A DNA stretch of 64,000 bases from Eledone cirrhosa. Lineage: Eukaryota. Where the stretch lies: NCBI GenBank assembly GCA_964016885.1, contig OZ024741.1:5828001-5892000 (forward strand). Reading direction: 5' to 3'. The notes beneath the pieces are model-generated. The model did not search any database. It saw only the letters and a program-made list of their open reading frames with translations, and was not told the origin of the DNA. The position numbers and the translations under genes are program-made. Positions 1-12,426 of the stretch are shown here, piece by piece; the stretch's first letter is position 1, and each line of letters begins with the position of its first letter.

Positions 1-219
1 GTCACCCCTAACACTAATTATCTCACAGAATATCTCAGATGTGAAGGTCTTACTAACATGTCACCCCTAACACTAATTATCTCACAGAATATCTCAACTG
101 TGAAGGTCTTACTAACATGTCACCCCTAACACTAATTATCTCACAGAATATCTCAGATGTGAAGGTCTTACTAACATGTCACCGCTACCACTAATTATCT
201 CACAGAATATCTCAGCTGT

Positions 220-2460
220 GAAGGTCTTACTAACATGTCACCCCTAACACTAATTATCTCACAGAATATCTCAACTGTGAAGGTCTTACTAACATCTCAC
301 CCCTAACACTAATTATCTCACAGGATATCTCAGATGTGAAGGTCTTACTAACATGTCACCCCTAACACTAATTATCTCACAGAATATCTCAGTTGTGAAG
401 GTCTTACTAACATGTCACCCCTAACACTAATTACCTCACAGAATATCTCAGATGTGAAGGTCTTACTAACATGTCACCCCTAACACTAATTATCTCACAG
501 AATATCTCAACTGTGAAGGTCTTACTAACATGTCACCCCTAACACTAATTATCTCACAGAATATCTCAGATGTGAATGTCTTACTAACATGTCACCCCTA
601 ACACTAATTATCTAACAGAATATCTCAGCTGTGAAGGTCTTACTAACATGTCACCCCTAACACTAATTATCTCACAGAATATCTCAGATGTGAAGGTCTT
701 ACTAACATGTCACCCCTAACACTAATTATCTCACAGAATATCTCAGATGTGAAGGTCTTACTAACATGTCACCCCTAACACTAATTACCTCACAGAATAT
801 CTCAGATGTGAAGGTCTTACTAACATGTCACACCTAACACTAATTATCTCACAGAATATCTCAGATGTGAAGGTCTTACTAACATGTCACACCTAACACT
901 AATTATCTCACAGAATATCTCAGATGTGAAGGTCTTACTAACATGTCACCCCTAACACTAATTATCTCACAGAATATCTCAGATGTGAAGGTCTTACTAA
1001 CATGTCACCCCTAACACTAATTACCTCACAGAATATTTCAGATGTGAAGGTCTTACTAACATGTCACCCCTAACACTAATTATCTCACAGAATATCTCAG
1101 ATGTGAAGGTCTTACTAACATGTCACACCTAACACTAATTATCTCACAGAATATCTCAGATGTGAAGGTCTTACTAACATGTCACCCCTAACACTAATTA
1201 TCTCACAGAATATCTCAGATGTGAAGGTCTTACTAACATGTCGCCCCTAACACTAATTACCTCACTGAATATCTCAGCTGTGAAGGTCTTACTAACATGT
1301 CACCCCTAACACTAATTATCTCACAGAATATCTCAACTGTGAAGGTCTTACTAACATGTCACCCCTAACACTAATTATCTCACAGAATATCTCAACTGTG
1401 AAGGTCTTACTAACATCTCACCCCTAACACTAATTATCTCACAGGATATCTCAGATGTGAAGGTCTTACTAACATGTCACCCCTAACACTAATTATCTCA
1501 CAGAATATCTCAGTTGTGAAGGTCTTACTAACATGTCACCCCTAACACTAATTACCTCACAGAATATCTCAGATGTGAAGGTCTTACTAACATGTCACCC
1601 CTAACACTAATTATCTCACAGAATATCTCAACTGTGAAGGTCTTACTAACATGTCACCCCTAACACTAATTATCTCACAGAATATCTCAGATGTGAATGT
1701 CTTACTAACATGTCACCCCTAACACTAATTATCTAACAGAATATCTCAGCTGTGAAGGTCTTACTAACATGTCACCCCTAACACTAATTATCTCACAGAA
1801 TATCTCAGATGTGAAGGTCTTACTAACATGTCACCCCTAACACTAATTATCTCACAGAATATCTCAGATGTGAAGGTCTTACTAACATGTCACCCCTAAC
1901 ACTAATTACCTCACAGAATATCTCAGATGTGAAGGTCTTACTAACATGTCACCCCTAACACTAATTATCTCACAGAATATCTCAGATGTGAAGGTCTTAC
2001 TAACATGTCACACCAAACACTAATTATCTCACAGAATATCTCAGATGTGAAGGTCTTACTAACATGTCACCCCTAACACTAATTATCTCACAGAATATCT
2101 CAGATGTGAAGGTCTTACTAACATGTCACCCCTAACACTAATTACCTCACAGAATATTTCAGATGTGAAGGTCTTACTAACATGTCACCCCTAACACTAA
2201 TTATCTCACAGAATATCTCAGATGTGAAGGTCTTACTAACATGTCACACCTAACACTAATTATCTCACAGAATATCTCAGATGTGAAGGTCTTACTAACA
2301 TGTCACCCCTAACACTAATTATCTCACAGAATATCTCAGATGTGAAGGTCTTACTAACATGTCGCCCCTAACACTAATTACCTCACTGAATATCTCAGCT
2401 GTGAAGGTCTTACTAACATGTCACCCCTAACACTAATTATCTCACAGAATATCTCAGGTG
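220..2460. repeat. Tandem duplication of a 19-monomer (1121-bp) block; ends approximate
   Basis: Rare variants recur at offset 1121 = 19x59: AACATCTCAC (monomer starts 296 and 1417) and GTCGCCCC with CACTGAAT (1240 and 2361). A few mismatches separate the copies. Confidence 0.9.
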
Positions 2461-5400
2461 TGAAGGTCTTACTAACATGTCACCCCTAACACTAATTATC
2501 TCACAGAATATCTCAACTGTGAAGGTCTTACTAACATGTCACCCCCAACACTAATTATCTCACAGAATATATCAGATGTGAAGGTCTTACTAACATGTCA
2601 CCGCTACCACTAATTATCTCACAGAATATCTCAGCTGTGAAGGTCTTACTAACATGTCACCCCTAACACTAATTATCTCACAGAATATCTCAACTGTGAA
2701 GGTCTTACTAACATGTCACCCCTAACACTAATTATCTCACAGGATATCTCAGATGTGAAGGTCTTACTAACATGTCACCCCTAACACTAATTATCTCACA
2801 GAATATCTCAACTGTGAAGGTCTTACTAACATGTCACCCCTAACACTAATTATCTCACAGAATATCTCAGATGTGAATGTCTTACTAACATGTCACCCCT
2901 AACACTAATTACCTCACAGAATATCTCAGCTGTGAAGGTCATACTAACATGTCACCCCTAACACTAATTACCTCACAGAATATCTCAGCTGTGAAGGTCA
3001 TACTAACATGTCACCCCTAACACTAATTACCTCACAGAATATCTCAGCTGTGAAGGTCATACTAACATGTCACCCCTAACACTAATTACCTCACAGAATA
3101 TCTCAGCTGTGAAGGTCTTACTAACATGTCACCCCTAACACTAATTATCACACAGAATATCTCAGATGTGAAGGTCTTACTAACATGTCACACCTAACAC
3201 TAATTGTCTCACGGAATATCTCAGATGTGAAGGTCTTACTAACATGTCACCCCTAACACTAATTACCTCACAGAGTATCTTAGATGTGAAGGTCTTACTA
3301 ACATGTCACCCCTAACATTAATTACCTCACAGAATATCTCAACTGTGAAGGTCTTACTAACATGTCACCCCTAACACTAATTATCTCACAGAATATCTCA
3401 GCTGTGAAGGTCTTACTAACATGTCACCCCTAACACTAATTATCTCACAGAATATCTCAGATGTGAAGGTCTTACTAACATGTCACCCCTAACACTAATT
3501 ATCTCACAGAATATCTCAGATGTGAATGTCTTACTAACATGTCACCCCTAACACTAATTATCTAACAGAATATCTCAGCTGTGAAGGTCTTACTAACATG
3601 TCACCCCTAACACTAATTATCTCACAGAATATCTCAGATGTGAAGGTCTTACTAACATGTCACCCCTAACACTAATTATCTCACAGAATATCTCAGATGT
3701 GAAGGTCTTACTAACATGTCACCCCTAACACTAATTACCTCACAGAATATCTCAGATGTGAAGGTCTTACTAACATGTCACACCTAACACTAATTATCTC
3801 ACAGAATATCTCAGATGTGAAGGTCTTACTAACATGTCACACCTAACACTAATTATCTCACAGAATATCTCAGATGTGAAGGTCTTACTAACATGTCACC
3901 CCTAACACTAATTATCTCACAGAATATCTCAGATGTGAAGGTCTTACTAACATGTCACCCCTAACACTAATTATCTCACAGAATATCTCAGATGTGAAGG
4001 TCTTACTAACATGTCACCCCTAACACTAATTACCTCACAGAATATCTCAGATGTGAAGGTCTTACTAACATGTCACACCTAACACTAATTATCTCACAGA
4101 ATATCTCAGATGTGAAGGTCTTACTAACATGTCACACCTAACACTAATTATCTCACAGAATATCTCAGATGTGAAGGTCTTACTAACATGTCACCCCTAA
4201 CACTAATTATCTCACAGAATATCTCAGATGTGAAGGTCTTACTAACATGTCACCCCTAACACTAATTACCTCACAGAATATTTCAGATGTGAAGGTCTTA
4301 CTAACATGTCACCCCTAACACTAATTATCTCACAGAATATCTCAGATGTGAAGGTCTTACTAACATGTCACACCTAACACTAATTATCTCACAGAATATC
4401 TCAGATGTGAAGGTCTTACTAACATGTCACCCCTAACACTAATTATCTCACAGAATATCTCAGATGTGAAGGTCTTACTAACATGTCGCCCCTAACACTA
4501 ATTACCTCACTGAATATCTCAGCTGTGAAGGTCTTACTAACATGTCACACCTAACACTAATTATCTCACAGAATATCTCAACTGTGAAGGTCTTACTAAC
4601 ATGTCACCCCCAACACTAATTATCTCACAGAATATCTCAGATGTGAAGGTCTTACTAACATGTCACCGCTACCACTAATTATCTCACAGAATATCTCAGC
4701 TGTGAAGGTCTTACTAACATGTCACCCCTAACACTAATTATCTCACAGAATATCTCAACTGTGAAGGTCTTACTAACATGTCACCCCTAACACTAATTAT
4801 CTCACAGGATATCTCAGATGTGAAGGTCTTACTAACATGTCACCCCTAACACTAATTATCTCACAGAATATCTCAACTGTGAAGGTCTTACTAACATGTC
4901 ACCCCTAACACTAATTATCTCACAGAATATCTCAGATGTGAATGTCTTACTAACATGTCACCCCTAACACTAATTATCTCACAGAATATCTCAGCTGTGA
5001 AGGTCATACTAACATGTCACCCCTAACACTAATTACCTCACAGAATATCTCAGCTGTGAAGGTCTTACTAACATGTCACCCCTAACACTAATTATCACAC
5101 AGAATATCTCAGATGTGAAGGTCTTACTAACATGTCACACATAACACTAATTGTCTCACAGAATATCTCAGATGTGAAGGTCTTACTAACATGTCACCCC
5201 TAACACTAATTACCTCACAGAATATCTCAACTGTGAAGGTCTTACTAACATGTCACCCCTAACACTAATTACCTCACAGAGTATCTTAGATGTGAAGGTC
5301 TTACTAACATGTCACCCCTAACACTAATTACCTCACAGAATATCTCAGATGTGAAGGTCTAATTAACATGTCACCCCTAACACTAATTACCTCACAGAGT

Positions 5401-5664
5401 ATCTTAGATGTGAAGGTATTACTAACATGTCACCCCTAACACTAATTACCTCACAGAATATCTCAGATGTGAAGGTCTTACTAACATGTCACCCCTAACA
5501 CTAATTACCTCACAGAATATCTCAACTGTGAAGGTCTTACTAACATGTCACCCCTAACACTAATTATCTCACAGAATATCTCAGCTGTGAAGGTCTTACT
5601 AACATGTCACCCCTAACACTAATTACCTCACAGAATATCTCAGATGTGAAGGTCTTACTAACAT

Positions 5665-8600
5665 GTCACCCCTAACACTAATTATCTCACAGAATATCTC
5701 AGATGTGAATGTCTTACTAACATGTCACCCCTAACACTAATTATCTCACACAATATCTCAGATGTGAAGGTCTTACTAACATGTCACCCCCACCACTAAT
5801 TATCTCACAGAATATCTCAGATGTGAAGGTCTTACTAACATGTCACCCCTAACACTAATTACATAACAGAATATCTCAGCTGTGAAGGTCTTACTAACGT
5901 GTGACGCCTAATACTAATTATCTCACAGAATATCTCAGATGTGAAGGTCTTAATAACATGTCACCCCTAACACTAATTATCTCACAGAATATCTCAACTG
6001 TGAAGGTCTTACTAACATGTCACCCCTAACACTAATTACCTCACAGAGTATCTTAGATGTGAAGGTCTTACTAACATGTCACCCCTAACATTAATTACCT
6101 CACAGAATATCTCAACTGTGAAGGTCTTACTAACATGTCACCCCTAACACTAATTACCTCACAGAATATCTCAGATGTGAAGGTCTTACTAACATGTCAC
6201 CCCTAACACTAATTATCTCACAGAATATCTCAACTGTGAAGGTCTTACTAACATGTCACCCCTAACACTAATTATCTCACAGAATATCTCAGATGTGAAT
6301 GTCTTACTAACATGTCACCCCTAACACTAATTATCTCACAGAATATCTCAGCTGTGAAGGTCTTACTAACATGTCACCCCTAACACTAATTATCTCACAG
6401 AATATCTCAGATGTGAAGGTCTTACTAACATGTCACCCCTAACACTAATTATCTCACAGAATATCTCAGCTGTGAAGGTCTTACTAACATGTCACCCCTA
6501 ACACTAATTATCTCACAGAATATCTCAGATGTGAAGGTCTTACTAACATGTCACCCCTAACACTAATTATCTCACAGAATATCTCAGATGTGAAGGTCTT
6601 ACTAACATGTCACCCCTAACACTAATTACCTCACAGAATATCTCAGATGTGAAGGTCTTACTAACATGTCACCCCTAACACTAATTATCTCACAGAATAT
6701 CTCAGATGTTAAGGTCTTACTAACATGTCACCTCTAACACTAATTACCTCACAGAATATCTCAGCTGTGAAGGTCTTACTAACATGTCAGCCGTAACACT
6801 AATTATCTCACAGAATATCTCAGATGTGAAGGTCTTACTAACATGTCACACCTAACACTAATTATCTCACAGAATATCTCAGATGTGAAGGTCTTACTAA
6901 CATGTCACCCCTAACACTAATTATCTCACAGAATATCTCAGATGTGAAGGTCTTACTAACATGTCACCCCTAACACTAATTATCTCACAGAATATCTCAG
7001 ATGTGAAGGTCTTACTAACATGTCACCCCTAACACTAATTATCTCACAGAATATCTCAACTGTGAAGGTCTTACTAACATGTCACCCCTAACACTAATTA
7101 TCTCACAGAATATCTCAGATGTGAAGGTCTTACTAACATGTCACCCCTAACACTAATTACCTCACAGAATATCTCAGTTGTGAAGGTCTTACTAACATGT
7201 CACCCCTAACACTAATTACCTCACAGAATATCTCAGATGTGAAGGTCTTACTAACATGTCACCCCTAACACTAATTATCTCACAGAATATCTCAACTGTG
7301 AAGGTCTTACTAACATGTCACCCCTAACACTAATTATCTCACAGAATATCTCAGATGTGAATGTCTTACTAACATGTCACCCCTAACACCAATTATCTCA
7401 CAGAATATCTCAGCTGTGAAGGTCTTACTAACATGTCACCCCTAACACAAATTACCTCACAGAATATCTCAGCTGTGAAGGTCTTACTAACATGTCACCC
7501 CTAACACTAATTATCTCACAGAATATCTCAGATGTGAAGGTCTTACTAACATGTCACACCTAACACTAATTGTCTCACAGAATATCTCAGATGTGAAGGT
7601 CTTACTAACATGTCACCCCTAACACTAATTATCTCACAGAATATCTCAGATGTGAAGGTCTTACTAACATGTCACCCCTAACACTAATTACCTCACAGAA
7701 TATCTCAGCTGTGAAGGTCTTACTAACATGTCACCCCTAACACGAATTACCTCACACAATATCTCAACTGTGAAGGTCTTACTAACATGTCACCCCTAAC
7801 ACTAATTACCTCACAGAATATCTCAGCTGTGAAGGTCTTACTAACATATCATCCCTAACACTAATTACCTCACAGAATATCTCAGCTGTGAAGGTCTTAC
7901 TAACATGTCACCCCTAACACTAATTACCTCAGAGAATATCACAGCTGTGAAGGTCTTACTAACATGTCACCCCTAACACTAATTATCTCACAGAATATCT
8001 CAGATGTGAATGTCTTACTAACATGTCACCCCTAACACTAATTATCTCACACAATATCTCAGATGTGAAGGTCTTACTAACATGTCACCCCCACCACTAA
8101 TTATCTCACAGAATATCTCAGATGTGAAGGTCTTACTAACATGTCACCCCTAACACTAATTACATAACAGAATATCTCAGCTGTGAAGGTCTTACTAACG
8201 TGTGACGCCTAATACTAATTATCTCACAGAATATCTCAGATGTGAAGGTCTTAATAACATGTCACCCCTAACACTAATTATCTCACAGAATATCTCAACT
8301 GTGAAGGTCTTACTAACATGTCACCCCTAACACTAATTACCTCACAGAGTATCTTAGATGTGAAGGTCTTACTAACATGTCACCCCTAACATTAATTACC
8401 TCACAGAATATCTCAACTGTGAAGGTCTTACTAACATGTCACCCCTAACACTAATTACCTCACAGAATATCTCAGATGTGAAGGTCTTACTAACATGTCA
8501 CCCCTAACACTAATTATCTCACAGAATATCTCAACTGTGAAGGTCTTACTAACATGTCACCCCTAACACTAATTATCTCACAGAATATCTCAGATGTGAA

Positions 8601-10266
8601 TGTCTTACTAACATGTCACCCCTAACACTAATTATCTCACAGAATATCTCAGCTGTGAAGGTCTTACTAACATGTCACCCCTAACACTAATTATCTCACA
8701 GAATATCTCAGATGTGAAGGTCTTACTAACATGTCACCCCTAACACTAATTATCTCACAGAATATCTCAGCTGTGAAGGTCTTACTAACATGTCACCCCT
8801 AACACTAATTATCTCACAGAATATCTCAGATGTGAAGGTCTTACTAACATGTCACCCCTAACACTAATTATCTCACAGAATATCTCAGATGTGAAGGTCT
8901 TACTAACATGTCACCCCTAACACTAATTACCTCACAGAATATCTCAGATGTGAAGGTCTTACTAACATGTCACCCCTAACACTAATTATCTCACAGAATA
9001 TCTCAGATGTTAAGGTCTTACTAACATGTCACCTCTAACACTAATTACCTCACAGAATATCTCAGCTGTGAAGGTCTTACTAACATGTCAGCCGTAACAC
9101 TAATTATCTCACAGAATATCTCAGATGTGAAGGTCTTACTAACATGTCACACCTAACACTAATTATCTCACAGAATATCTCAGATGTGAAGGTCTTACTA
9201 ACATGTCACCCCTAACACTAATTATCTCACAGAATATCTCAGATGTGAAGGTCTTACTAACATGTCACCCCTAACACTAATTATCTCACAGAATATCTCA
9301 GATGTGAAGGTCTTACTAACATGTCACCCCTAACACTAATTATCTCACAGAATATCTCAACTGTGAAGGTCTTACTAACATGTCACCCCTAACACTAATT
9401 ATCTCACAGAATATCTCAGATGTGAAGGTCTTACTAACATGTCACCCCTAACACTAATTACCTCACAGAATATCTCAGTTGTGAAGGTCTTACTAACATG
9501 TCACCCCTAACACTAATTACCTCACAGAATATCTCAGATGTGAAGGTCTTACTAACATGTCACCCCTAACACTAATTATCTCACAGAATATCTCAACTGT
9601 GAAGGTCTTACTAACATGTCACCCCTAACACTAATTATCTCACAGAATATCTCAGATGTGAATGTCTTACTAACATGTCACCCCTAACACCAATTATCTC
9701 ACAGAATATCTCAGCTGTGAAGGTCTTACTAACATGTCACCCCTAACACAAATTACCTCACAGAATATCTCAGCTGTGAAGGTCTTACTAACATGTCACC
9801 CCTAACACTAATTATCTCACAGAATATCTCAGATGTGAAGGTCTTACTAACATGTCACACCTAACACTAATTGTCTCACAGAATATCTCAGATGTGAAGG
9901 TCTTACTAACATGTCACCCCTAACACTAATTATCTCACAGAATATCTCAGATGTGAAGGTCTTACTAACATGTCACCCCTAACACTAATTACCTCACAGA
10001 ATATCTCAGCTGTGAAGGTCTTACTAACATGTCACCCCTAACACGAATTACCTCACACAATATCTCAACTGTGAAGGTCTTACTAACATGTCACCCCTAA
10101 CACTAATTACCTCACAGAATATCTCAGCTGTGAAGGTCTTACTAACATATCATCCCTAACACTAATTACCTCACAGAATATCTCAGCTGTGAAGGTCTTA
10201 CTAACATGTCACCCCTAACACTAATTACCTCAGAGAATATCACAGCTGTGAAGGTCTTACTAACAT
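5665..10266. repeat. Tandem duplication of a 39-monomer (2301-bp) block
   Basis: GTCAGCCGTAAC occurs at 6786 and 9087, GTCACCCCCACCAC at 5783 and 8084, and CGTGTGACGCC at 5898 and 8199. All offsets are 2301 = 39x59. Confidence 0.93.
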
Positions 10267-12426
10267 GTCACCCCTAACACTAATTATCTCACACAATATC
10301 TCAGTTGTGAAGGTCTTACTAACATGTCACCCCTAACACTAATTACATCACAGAATATCTCAGCTGTGAAGGTCTAATTAACATGTCACCCCTAACACTA
10401 ATTACCTCACACAATATCTCAGATGTGAAGGTCTTACTAACATGTCACCCCTAACACTAATTACCTCACAGAGTATCTTAGTTAGTTATGAAGGTCTTAC
10501 TAACATGTCACCCCTAACACTAATTACCTCACAGAATATCTCAACTGTGAAGGTCTTACTAACATGTCACCCCTAACACTAATTACCTCACAGAGTATCT
10601 TAGATGTGAAGGTCTTACTAACATGTCACCCCTAACACTAATTACCTCACAGAATATCTCAGATGTGAAGGTCTAATTAACATGTCACCCCTAACACTAA
10701 TTACCTCACAGAGTATCTTAGATGTGAAGGTATTACTAACATGTCACCCCTAACACTAATTACCTCACAGAATATCTCAGATGTGAAGGTCTTACTAACA
10801 TGTCACCCCTAACACTAATTACCTCACAGAATATCTCAACTGTGAAGGTCTTACTAACATGTCACCCCTAACACTAATTATCTCACAGAATATCTCAGCT
10901 GTGAAGGTCTTACTAACATGTCACCCCTAACACTAATTACCTCACAGAATATCTCAGATGTGAAGGTCTTACTAACATGTCACCCCTAACACTAATTATC
11001 TCACAGAATATCTCAGATGTGAATGTCTTACTAACATGTCACCCCTAACACTAATTATCTCACACAATATCTCAGATGTGAAGGTCTTACTAACATGTCA
11101 CCCCAACACTAATTATCTCACAGAATATCTCAGATGTGAAGGTCTTACTAACATGTCACCCCTAACACTAATTACCTAACAGAATATCTCAGCTGTGAAG
11201 GTCTTACTAACGTGTGACGACTAATACTAATTATCTCACAGAATATCTCAGATGTGAAGGTCTTACTAACATGTCACCCCTAACACTAATTATCTCACAC
11301 AATATCTCAGTTGTGAAGGTCTTACTAACATGTCACCCCTAACACTAATTACATCACAGAATATCTCAGCTGTGAAGGTCTAATTAACATGTCACCCCTA
11401 ACACTAATTACCTCACACAATATCTCAGATGTGAAGGTCTTACTAACATGTCACCCCTAACACTAATTACCTCACAGAGTATCTTAGTTAGTTATGAAGG
11501 TCTTACTTACATGTCACCCCTAACACTAATTACCTCACAGAATATCTCAACTGTGAAGGTCTTAATGACATGTCACCCCTAACACTAATTACCTCACACA
11601 ATATCTCAGATGTGAAGGTCTTACTAACATGTCACCCCTAACACTAATTACCTCACAGAGTATCTTAGTTAGTTATGAAGGTCTTACTAACATGTCACCC
11701 CTAACACTAATTACCTCACAGAATATCTCAACTGTGAAGGTCTTACTAACATGTCACCCCTAACACTAATTACCTCACAGAGTATCTTAGTTAGTTATGA
11801 AGGTCTTACTAACATGTCACCCCTAACACTAATTACCTCACAGAATATCTCAGATGTGAAGGTCTTACTAACATGTCATCCCTAACACTAATTACCTCAC
11901 AAAAGATCTCAGCTGTGAAGGTCTTACTAACATGTCACCCCTAACACTAATTACCTCACAAAATATCTCAGTTGTGAAAGTCTTACTAACATGTCACCCC
12001 TAGCACTAATTACATCACAGAATATCTTAATTGTGAAGGTCTTACTAACATGTCACCCCTAACACTAATTATCTCACAGAATATCTCAACTGTGAAGGTC
12101 TTACTAACATGTCACCCCTAACACTAATTATCTCACAGAATATCTCAGATGTGAATGTCTTACTAACATGTCACCCCTAACACTAATTATCTCACAGAAT
12201 ATCTCAGCTGTGAAGGTCTTACTGACATGTCACCCCTAACACTAATTATCTCACAGAATATCTCAGCTGTGAAGGTCTTACTAACATGTCACCCCTAACA
12301 CGAATTACCTCACACAATATCTCAACTGTGAAGGTCTTACTAACATGTCACCCCTAACACTAATTACCTCACAGAATATCTCAGCTGTGAAGGTCTTACT
12401 AACATATCATCCCTAACACTAATTAC

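Noticed and set aside
23-44. Resemblance to a CRP site (TGTGA-N6-TCACA) or a V(D)J RSS heptamer (CACAGTG)
   Set aside because: Half-site order and spacing do not match CRP. CACAGAA is not a full heptamer and no nonamer follows at 12 or 23 bp.
58-129. Short ATG-started plus-strand ORF in each monomer (about 23 codons, MSPLTLIISQNIS[D/T/A/V]VKVLLTCHP*)
   Set aside because: 59 is not a multiple of 3, so the frame hits TAA early in the next monomer. The minus strand is also closed within about 1-2 monomers. Nothing supports a CDS or a repetitive protein.
11097-11154. The only 58-bp monomer (GTCACCCCAACAC)
   Set aside because: Equivalent monomers read CCCCCAAC, so this is loss of one C in a homopolymer. 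It is a singleton and could be a sequencing or consensus error.
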